Translations under genes and position numbers: made by a program | Origin: Escherichia phage RB16 | Direction: 5' to 3' (one strand) | Sequence record: NC_014467.1 | DNA: 64,000 bases | Shown: piece after piece, positions 57,033-64,000 of the stretch | Position numbering within the stretch: the stretch's first letter is position 1 | Layout: each line of letters begins with the position of its first letter | Notes under the pieces: generated by a model | What the model saw: only the letters and a program-made list of their open reading frames with translations | Told to the model about the DNA's origin: nothing | Databases searched by the model: none

Positions 57033-59492
57033 ATGGCAGATTTAAAAGCGGGTACTACCATCGGTGGTAATACTATATGGAGTCAGGCTAACTTGCCTTT
57101 GCTCCCAACTGGAAACACATTAACGTATAAAGGCTTTAAAGTCTATACCGAAAACGACAAACCGACAAAAGCCGAAATCGGTCTGGGTAACGTAACAAAC
57201 GACGCACAGGTCAAAAAGTCCGGCGACGATATGACAGGCGATCTGACGTTAAAGAACAACACACAATTGACTGTTCCGCGTCGTATTAACCTGGTTGCTG
57301 ATACTGCTGCTGTAGCGCCTGTTCTTTTGGTTACTCGTTCAGACAATAACGCGATTACTGATCCGTTTCCTTCTTCTGAAACACGCGTGTATACGTTTTT
57401 GGCAAACACAACGTCGAACACCTCAGATCCGTCTGCGGGTGCTATTTTGACTGCTCACGTTGTCAACCAGAAGCCTAGTGGTGCTGGTGCAATGGAATTT
57501 CAAGTATATGCAGCACCAAATAAGACAACTGGCGCAAGTGGTCGGTTAACATCAAAGTTTAGAATGAGCGGTGATGATGGCGCGGTTTCTCTAACAGGTA
57601 GCTCTTTTACTGTTGGAATGACAACGACAATTAACTATAATTTATACGCGAATGAACTCATTTCGAAAGGGGCAGGAAACCGTAACGTAACTATGCAAGA
57701 CACAAACGGCAACGAACTAGCTATGCTGTTTGCAGATACGGGTAAGAACCTGTATGTTCGTACTGGTGGTTCATATGTATCTCGTTTCGCTGCTGATGGC
57801 ACTCTTATTCTGGCTAACGGCTTGACTGTTCCGCGTCAGGTATTTGTTAACGGTGCTTCACTTCCAGTGAACAATGGTCAAGTTCGACTTGATACAAGCG
57901 CTGATGGAAACGCTGTTGGTGACGGTGCAACGCATCTTGGTATGAAATTAGAAGATGGGAAATATTATCATTATTTCCGTGGTGCTGGTGTGATGTACAT
58001 TGACATGAAAGGTGGAATATCTTCTTCAACCCCGTTGTATATGAATGGAGTTGATCAAGCAATACCTAAAGTTGAAATGCTATCTACTGGTGCTGCTGGT
58101 GCTAAAAACTTTTTGCGGCGGTTCCGTGGTGGTCTTGTTGATACCATATGGCATGAAACTGTTCAGGGTGGTGATTACCGATTAGCAACAGGGGATACCG
58201 ATGCGGATTATCAGTTAAGAATTACTGCTGATGGTGCTAATAGAGGTGGTTATGTATTTGGTGGTACGTTTACGGCTGATCGCGGTAATGATGGATTCAA
58301 GATCCGTTATAAACCTGATACCGAATCAGCAATGTTCCAGATCTGGAACAGGGATACATCAGTATTGAACTCTTATTTCGGATACGGGTCAAGTAATCAG
58401 GCAACAGTTAGCCTGTATAACCGTTTAGGTGATATTGGCGTTTCTACTCCAAACGCGGCGTTCCGTCTGGATAATACTACGTTAACTCTTGGTAACTCTT
58501 CATCTGCGGAAGCCAGTCAACGTGCGTTTACTATCAGGAACTGGGGTGATGGTGAATTTCGTGCTGCGGTTTTTGAAGTCAATGATGGTACTGGTTATCA
58601 TTTCTATAGTCAACGCAGATCCGATAACGTGGTTGAGGCAGCATTCTCCGGCGACCTTTATACCAACGGAACATTACGCGCACAGAACAACATAATTGTT
58701 CGTGGTAGTAATGGCCTAGAAATTCGTTCTGACGGAACCCGTCATGTTTGGTTTAAGGATAACGCGGGAACTGAAAAAGCAGTATTATATGCAGAGAATA
58801 ACGGCAGCGTAAACCTACGTACATCAAACCAACAGTATTCTCTTGCGATTGCTGATGGTATGATCCGAGCAACCGGACAACCAACTACAGGGGATTCACG
58901 AGGTCTTATTCGAGGTGCTGTTACTGGTGGTGCGTTTGCCGCATGGCGCGATCGTCCTGCTGGTTTGTTGCTTGATTGTCCAGATTCATATAATCAGGCA
59001 TACAACATATGGAAAGCGACTCACTGGGGTGTTGCTCACTTAGCATCTATGGATGTGCATAACGGCAGTAACTCCCCTATGGTACTCATGCACGTTGGTG
59101 GTGGAGAATTCAATTTTACCGCTGCTGGTACTCTTACTGTCACTGGTGGAATTTATGCTAGTGTTAACGGTGACTTTAACGATGTGTATATTCGTTCAGA
59201 TATCCGGTTGAAATCTAACCTGGTTGAACTGAAAGATGCACTCAGTAAAGTTGAACAGCTTAAAGGTTATATCTACGATAAGAAACTGAATGTCGAAGAT
59301 GAAGAACCACAGCATCGAGAAGCTGGTATTATTGCTCAGGATCTGCAAAAGGTATTACCAGAAGCAGTAAAAGAGAATGAAGATACTGGCATGTTAACAA
59401 TATCTCCTTCTGGTGTGAATGCACTTTTAGTCAACGCAATCAACGAATTGCGTGAACGTCTGGAAGCAATCGAACGGAAAATAGGGGCGTAA
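57033..59492 (+). CDS. Distal long tail fibre protein 2 (paralog; gp36-like N-terminus, divergent middle, C-terminal intramolecular chaperone domain)
   Basis: 819 aa; N-terminus MADLKAGTTIGGNTIWSQANLPLLPTGNTLTYKGFKVYTENDKPT; C-terminus NDVYIRSDIRLKSNL...GIIAQDL; shares the FRGG..D.IWHETVQGG.YRLATGDTD module with fibre 1 and gp34. Confidence 0.7.
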   Translation: MADLKAGTTIGGNTIWSQANLPLLPTGNTLTYKGFKVYTENDKPTKAEIGLGNVTNDAQVKKSGDDMTGDLTLKNNTQLTVPRRINLVADTAAVAPVLLVTRSDNNAITDPFPSSETRVYTFLANTTSNTSDPSAGAILTAHVVNQKPSGAGAMEFQVYAAPNKTTGASGRLTSKFRMSGDDGAVSLTGSSFTVGMTTTINYNLYANELISKGAGNRNVTMQDTNGNELAMLFADTGKNLYVRTGGSYVSRFAADGTLILANGLTVPRQVFVNGASLPVNNGQVRLDTSADGNAVGDGATHLGMKLEDGKYYHYFRGAGVMYIDMKGGISSSTPLYMNGVDQAIPKVEMLSTGAAGAKNFLRRFRGGLVDTIWHETVQGGDYRLATGDTDADYQLRITADGANRGGYVFGGTFTADRGNDGFKIRYKPDTESAMFQIWNRDTSVLNSYFGYGSSNQATVSLYNRLGDIGVSTPNAAFRLDNTTLTLGNSSSAEASQRAFTIRNWGDGEFRAAVFEVNDGTGYHFYSQRRSDNVVEAAFSGDLYTNGTLRAQNNIIVRGSNGLEIRSDGTRHVWFKDNAGTEKAVLYAENNGSVNLRTSNQQYSLAIADGMIRATGQPTTGDSRGLIRGAVTGGAFAAWRDRPAGLLLDCPDSYNQAYNIWKATHWGVAHLASMDVHNGSNSPMVLMHVGGGEFNFTAAGTLTVTGGIYASVNGDFNDVYIRSDIRLKSNLVELKDALSKVEQLKGYIYDKKLNVEDEEPQHREAGIIAQDLQKVLPEAVKENEDTGMLTISPSGVNALLVNAINELRERLEAIERKIGA

Positions 59493-59517
59493 TGCCCCTT
59501 CTTAAAGAGGTAAAATT

Positions 59518-60042
59518 ATGGCAATTGTTGGAGTACCTGGCTGGATCGGGTCATCTGCTGTAGCTGAAACTGGACAGCGCTGGATGTCTGCTGCGGGTAG
59601 TGCTGTTCGTATCGGTGCGCCTTTCTGGATGTCTCAAATGGCAGGTCAATCGGTATATAACATTTATATTCCAATTTACGATCGATATTATAACGGTATT
59701 CGTTATCGTGGGTGTTGGGGGACGGGTTGGAACTTCCCATATTCTAAACCTGGTTGGAACGCTACTCCTGGTGGTAGTTTTAACGGGCTGGCTTACGGGA
59801 CTTGTGTTGCAGTGCAAAACTATCTCGATGGCGAATATAGCGTATTAACTATTCAAAACGGTCCTGCTGCAAACTTCCGACTCACTACTGATGACGGCGC
59901 GGTGTTCAACTTCGTTGATACCGGAAGATATGATTCAGGTTATAGAAACTACAAAATCGATCCGACTCAACATTTTGTATGGTTCAATTATCTTAACGCT
60001 CGTGTAGGACAAATAAGGCAAGGATTGGTAGCTATAAGATAA
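59518..60042 (+). CDS. Hypothetical Trp/Gly/Tyr-rich protein at the gp38 position (possible fibre-associated protein)
   Basis: 174 aa; between the distal fibre and holin t, where T-even phages carry gp38; no sequence similarity to T4 gp38 recognised. Confidence 0.3.
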   Translation: MAIVGVPGWIGSSAVAETGQRWMSAAGSAVRIGAPFWMSQMAGQSVYNIYIPIYDRYYNGIRYRGCWGTGWNFPYSKPGWNATPGGSFNGLAYGTCVAVQNYLDGEYSVLTIQNGPAANFRLTTDDGAVFNFVDTGRYDSGYRNYKIDPTQHFVWFNYLNARVGQIRQGLVAIR

Positions 60043-60090
60043 ATCTAAATATGATCGGGGGGTTGGGAATCCCCCGAATGAGGGTATAAA

Positions 60091-60732
60091 ATGGCGCTAT
60101 TACAAGATAAATTGGCGGTGCTTGAACGGGTAATATCGTTCATCATGGCAGTCAAAACATGGAAACAACTTTTCATTAAATTGGTTCTTATCGTTACTAT
60201 ATTCATTATGTTTGTTACGTGGTACAAGTGGGATGACTTATTCGCAGTCTGGAAATCATCGAGCGTCATAGACGTTCCGACGATGGAGGTTGAAAAAGCA
60301 AAAAAGTTTGAATCCGCATCCATTGAACAGTTAAACATAGTGCATTTAACTACGGGTGCGGATTTTTCGGCAGTCTTTGGGTTCAGACCTAAGAATGTTA
60401 ATTATTTTGTTGATATAATTGCGTATGAAGGGAAGTTACCACACCAGATAAATCCGAAAAATTTGGGGGGCTATCCTATAGACAAAACATCGGAAGAATA
60501 CAACAGACATATAAACGGGCTGTACTACGTTTCACACGTCGCCAGCCCGTATATTCCGACCAAAGATCTTGTTCCGGTTGCCTATACCTTTAGTTGTCCT
60601 TACTTCAATCTCGAAAACTACTATTCAGGATCAATCTTAATGGAATGGTATAAGCAGAAGCCCGAAGTCACCGATATGAAGTTAATGATCGTGTGCAATC
60701 AGGCCGCTAGAATTTTAGGCAGGATTCGATGA
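60091..60732 (+). CDS. t: Holin T
   Basis: 213 aa; single N-terminal TM segment; matches T4 holin T as recalled (EQL.IVH....ADFSAV..FRPKN.NYFVDIIAYEGKLP, LGGYP.DKT..EY..H.NG, SCPYFNL.N.Y.G.I.M.WY, QAARILGR). Confidence 0.9.
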   Translation: MALLQDKLAVLERVISFIMAVKTWKQLFIKLVLIVTIFIMFVTWYKWDDLFAVWKSSSVIDVPTMEVEKAKKFESASIEQLNIVHLTTGADFSAVFGFRPKNVNYFVDIIAYEGKLPHQINPKNLGGYPIDKTSEEYNRHINGLYYVSHVASPYIPTKDLVPVAYTFSCPYFNLENYYSGSILMEWYKQKPEVTDMKLMIVCNQAARILGRIR

Positions 60733-60987
60733 TAATTTCAGTTTTTTACTCAAAGCCCGACTGATGAAGTTTTTAATCTTCGTCATCGGGCTTTTGTCGT
60801 ATATTTCCCATACCCGCATAAGCTCGTAAGGTGTCGGAACGTATTCATCGTTCCAGTATCCCACGTTCCCTATCGTAATGCGCCGGAAACCAGCCTCTGC
60901 GTTGTAATATACAAAGAACCCAGCCTTGCCTACAGGGGATACCTTAAAACCCCGTGTAGCGGCTTTCATTGCCTCTTCGTGTGTCAT
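60715..60987 (-). CDS. Hypothetical protein
   Basis: 90 aa from the ATG at 60987, which overlaps the upstream gene's stop (ATGA); the track ORF 60715..61059 is a TTG-initiated extension. Confidence 0.35.
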   Translation of the reverse strand: MTHEEAMKAATRGFKVSPVGKAGFFVYYNAEAGFRRITIGNVGYWNDEYVPTPYELMRVWEIYDKSPMTKIKNFISRALSKKLKLSSNPA

Positions 60988-61274
60988 CACGCATCCCCGC
61001 ACCACTGGTTGATATGGAACCGGACACCATATGCTTCCATTTCTATAAAATGTAGACAATGCAACCCGTCATGATGATCCTGTTCTGCAACTATATCCCA
61101 GTCGGTTGCCTTTTGTTCTTCAACACTGGCAATGAATACCTGGTTGATTTCAACTTTGCGATGTGACCGACGAATGATCGTATCTCCTTCACGGAAAACG
61201 ATCATATCTGGAACCGTTGGACGGTACGCGGTTTTACCCGCGCACACTACATTTAACATTTCTTCATAAGTCAT
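60987..61274 (-). CDS. Hypothetical protein
   Basis: 95 aa ORF; ATGA overlaps at both ends. Confidence 0.35.
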   Translation of the reverse strand: MTYEEMLNVVCAGKTAYRPTVPDMIVFREGDTIIRRSHRKVEINQVFIASVEEQKATDWDIVAEQDHHDGLHCLHFIEMEAYGVRFHINQWCGDA

Positions 61275-62071
61275 TCTAATACCTTTACTCGCTGAACGAT
61301 TGTTTGTTTAACTTCTTTGTATTCGTTGTGAAGTTTAGGGGTAGCTTTGAATTTAATCATATCACCCTCTTCAACAATTTTGTTACCGTAGTAGATAACC
61401 ACGTTACCACCTACGTTAATTTTGGTCATGAAACGTTCCACTTCGGTGTAATAAGAAACTTGGGTATATCCGAGAGAAATCACTTTCTCAACAACACCGC
61501 TCATTTCCATACGCTTACCGATTTCCCCGATGTGCTGTGCTGCTGCGATCTTCGCCTGGCGCTCTGCTTCCCATTCTGCGCGGATTTCTTCACGTTTAGC
61601 GATATAATCCTTATCCAGTGCTACACCCATGCAGTAAGAGCAAATAGCCTGAAATACTGGGCTATCGTTGCCGTTTTCTTTGCACTGGTCAGCCCACCAC
61701 AGAATCGTATACATCGGCATATCAGCAATCACTTCACCTTTACGTTTACCGATTGGCATGATGCCCTGTTCCAGCAGTTCCAGGTTTTCGGTATCCTGTA
61801 CGGACAGTTTACCGCGACGTTCAAACAGATCGAAATCTGCGAAGCCCTGGAACACCATCTGGAAAGTATCGGTTTGGTTCAGACGATCCACCATGCGATC
61901 GAAGTATTCACGCGCTTTCGCTTCCGCTTTATCTGGGTCAGTAGACAGGTTGCAGATATAGTTATCAGAAGTGAATTCACCTCCACGACGCTCTACACGC
62001 AGAGTGTACATAGCGTTTTTAGCGCCAGAAGAAATGAAATATGTCGCGGTAACTTTAGTCAGGTTAGTCAT
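61271..62071 (-). CDS. Hypothetical protein
   Basis: ATG at 62071 preceded by AAGGAG SD (track start 62137 is an upstream extension); 266 aa. Confidence 0.4.
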   Translation of the reverse strand: MTNLTKVTATYFISSGAKNAMYTLRVERRGGEFTSDNYICNLSTDPDKAEAKAREYFDRMVDRLNQTDTFQMVFQGFADFDLFERRGKLSVQDTENLELLEQGIMPIGKRKGEVIADMPMYTILWWADQCKENGNDSPVFQAICSYCMGVALDKDYIAKREEIRAEWEAERQAKIAAAQHIGEIGKRMEMSGVVEKVISLGYTQVSYYTEVERFMTKINVGGNVVIYYGNKIVEEGDMIKFKATPKLHNEYKEVKQTIVQRVKVLE

Positions 62072-62150
62072 GGTGAATCTCCTTAGTGGTTTCGTTTCGA
62101 CAAAGCCAATATAACAAAAGCCCTCAACCGAAGTCAAGGGCTTTTTATCA

Positions 62151-62480
62151 TTACAGGAAGAAACCTGTTCGAACTACTAAATCGATCTGTTTTTCCGGTA
62201 TCAGTGGCGCTTTATCGTCAACGTTGCACTGATAATACATCCCGACATACTCATGAGGAACGTTGGATTCGCTCGCCCATGCCAGGTTGTCATCTGTACG
62301 CGGCCCTAACATGAGGTTAACGATATTGACAGCGTGATCCTGTTCTGGGGTATTGTTGCATCCGTTCACATAATGTCCGTGAGCGGTTTTGAGGATTTCA
62401 ATGATATCTTCGTCGGCTTCAACGAGATACAGCCCCGTGTTTTTTGGGATTTCCTCAAGAATAATCAAAGCGGTTTTCAT
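62151..62480 (-). CDS. Hypothetical protein
   Basis: ATG at 62480 preceded by AAGGTAAG SD (track start 62567 is an upstream extension); 109 aa. Confidence 0.35.
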   Translation of the reverse strand: MKTALIILEEIPKNTGLYLVEADEDIIEILKTAHGHYVNGCNNTPEQDHAVNIVNLMLGPRTDDNLAWASESNVPHEYVGMYYQCNVDDKAPLIPEKQIDLVVRTGFFL

Positions 62481-62585
62481 CACACTTACCTTTATGTTTC
62501 TGCTTACGTTTTGCTTCTTTAAGTGCTCGCTTGCGATCGCGGTGAGTAGAAGCGCGGTTGAAATCATGTTTCGCTACCAGGTTGT

Positions 62586-62816
62586 TCATCGAGGATATAA
62601 TGGCACATGATGTTGAATACTGACTTCGCCATACAGTTTTACGATAGTTAAGCTATCAGATCCTTTAACAATTCTGTATTTTTCTGGAACAACGCGGTCG
62701 ATTTCTTTTTTGACAAAGTTAAGCAATCCGAAGTCATCTATATCTTTTGGTGCTTTGGAAATAGAAGACAACGATACTCGTTGACGTGAATCATAGTACG
62801 AAGAAATGATAAACAT
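62586..62816 (-). CDS. Hypothetical protein
   Basis: 76 aa ORF. Confidence 0.3.
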   Translation of the reverse strand: MFIISSYYDSRQRVSLSSISKAPKDIDDFGLLNFVKKEIDRVVPEKYRIVKGSDSLTIVKLYGEVSIQHHVPLYPR

Positions 62817-62854
62817 AAATTTCCTTAATGGGGCTTTTCAGCCCCCAGTTTTAG

Positions 62855-63118
62855 TTAATCCAGCAGTTTGCGGATCTTGTCTGCAATGCGTCCGGCACGG
62901 GTTGCGCTTTCGGTGTGGTCGCTTTCTTTGGTAGCCAGTTCAGCCAGGCGGCGCTGATGTTCTTCTTCCGCTGCTTTGCGGTCTGCTGCAACCTGTGCAA
63001 CCTGATCGTTGTCGTGTTGAATACGCGCTTCCAGTTCGGTCAGAGTTTTGTCGAACGTTGCAACGATTTCATCAACAGAGCGGATTTTAGAAGAAAAAGG
63101 ATTCAGTTTCATATTCAT
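62855..63118 (-). CDS. Hypothetical coiled-coil protein
   Basis: 87 aa, Ala/Glu/Arg-rich helical composition. Confidence 0.3.
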   Translation of the reverse strand: MNMKLNPFSSKIRSVDEIVATFDKTLTELEARIQHDNDQVAQVAADRKAAEEEHQRRLAELATKESDHTESATRAGRIADKIRKLLD

Positions 63119-63126
63119 AGTCTCAA

Positions 63127-63567
63127 TTAGTATGGTTGGAATTCAAAGTCAAACAGATCATTTAAAGCACGGTTGTATTCAGTATAGTTCTCACCATCCC
63201 CGAATCGCATCTGAATCGCGCTTTCCGCTATTGTACCAGTAAGATTTGAGAAACCAAAGAGGTTTTTAATCTTATCGTGTGCAACGAAGTACAGAGAAGC
63301 ACTATCCAGCAAGGCAACCATCGCTGATGGTTCGTGTTCGCGGCGTTTGATACGTAACAGAGTACGGTTAGCGCCAGTCTTGCGGCGTTGATTCGGTGCT
63401 ACGTAGAAACGAAATACTACTTTGCCCGTTTTATCATCAACTACCAGGTAGAAACCGTGTTCTTTCAGGTCAACCCCTTCGAACTTGGTGAACTCACCGC
63501 GTTTCATGTCACCTATCTTAACAGCATATTTGTGGATGTCAAGCCTTGTCAGAATTCTTTTCGTCAT
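63127..63567 (-). CDS. Hypothetical protein
   Basis: 146 aa ORF with ATG start. Confidence 0.35.
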   Translation of the reverse strand: MTKRILTRLDIHKYAVKIGDMKRGEFTKFEGVDLKEHGFYLVVDDKTGKVVFRFYVAPNQRRKTGANRTLLRIKRREHEPSAMVALLDSASLYFVAHDKIKNLFGFSNLTGTIAESAIQMRFGDGENYTEYNRALNDLFDFEFQPY

Positions 63568-63961
63568 TTTCTTTTACCAGTTTATTTCCGAATTTGGTGT
63601 TCACACCAGTTTTTGCATTAACGGTCAGCATAACCAGGACAATTGGTGATGATACCAGCAGGATCACAACACCAAAAAACAGACGTATCAAACGTATGGA
63701 TAACGTACCCAGCCATACAAGAGATTTTTCAACCCAGCGATTAACCGTTCCGAGTACCAGCATAGCATATGCTATGTTAAATGCAAGTGCTACTGCGATA
63801 TATCCGTAAGGTTTTTTGAAATAAGTTTGTTTTCCGTCTTCTGAATGTCCAGCAAGAGGGTTTCCGCCGTTCCAGAGGTCTTTAGAATCTTCCAGCGCAC
63901 GTTTACCACGATCAATGTATTCCCAGTAATCGGGAACGCCTTGCAGTAATTTCATAATCAA
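63539..63961 (-). CDS. Putative membrane protein (two hydrophobic segments)
   Basis: About 140 aa; hydrophobic stretches YIAVALAFNIAYAMLVLG and LFFGVVILLVSSPIVLVML; coordinates approximate because of the printed-sequence discrepancy near 63900. Confidence 0.3.
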   Translation of the reverse strand: MIMKLLQGVPDYWEYIDRGKRALEDSKDLWNGGNPLAGHSEDGKQTYFKKPYGYIAVALAFNIAYAMLVLGTVNRWVEKSLVWLGTLSIRLIRLFFGVVILLVSSPIVLVMLTVNAKTGVNTKFGNKLVKENDEKNSDKA

Positions 63962-64000
63962 ATCCTATGCGCCTGAATCGCTCCAGGCGCTGTTGTTGGG

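Noticed and set aside
60987-61059. Possible frameshifted single gene formed by ORFs 60715..61059 and 60987..61274
   Set aside because: The downstream ORF has an in-frame ATG at 60987 that overlaps the upstream stop as ATGA, the normal coupling arrangement; two separate small genes is the simpler reading.
63896-63905. Apparent in-frame stop in the minus-strand ORF 63539..63961 when translated from the printed sequence
   Set aside because: The printed sequence contains 63,999 characters, and the ORF-track translation is reproduced only if one base (a G) is restored at the 63900/63901 line break. Treated as a display discrepancy and not biology; coordinates beyond about 63900 are approximate.

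Overview
This window reads as a contiguous segment of a T4-like (Tevenvirinae-type) myovirus genome. All protein assignments are from my own reading of the ORF translations against remembered T4 proteins and motifs; no database search or alignment was run. Gene order on the + strand is: baseplate wedge gp7 (C-terminal part) through gp11, short tail fibre gp12, fibritin (wac), neck gp13/gp14, an inserted endonuclease-like gene, gp15, terminase gp16/gp17, tail sheath gp18, tail tube gp19, portal gp20, prohead core gp67/gp68, prohead protease gp21, scaffold gp22, major capsid gp23, a GIY-YIG homing endonuclease, and vertex protein gp24 (2..24960). This is followed by uvsY, a convergent uvsW.1/uvsW pair, and an accessory island (27978..39455) that holds two HAD phosphatases, an NMP-kinase-like P-loop protein, RNA ligase 2, a DprA/SLOG-like protein, NadV and many small unknown genes. 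Then come dam, nrdC, a second GIY-YIG endonuclease, nrdD, nrdG, the long tail fibre locus (gp34, a 533-aa protein, two tandem distal-fibre paralogs), holin t, and small minus-strand genes. T4-type late promoters (TATAAATA), sigma70-like early promoters and hairpin/T-run terminators are visible throughout. The most likely place for an undescribed system is the accessory island: a split kinase/phosphatase plus Rnl2 next to a SLOG-fold protein and NadV, which I read as a candidate counter-defence cluster, not a proven one. Other leads are a complex inverted-repeat element upstream of uvsY, a fibritin with three C-terminal Ig-like repeats, and tandem distal fibres with self-cleaving chaperone domains. 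The printed sequence is one base shorter than the ORF track implies near 63900, so coordinates beyond that point are approximate.
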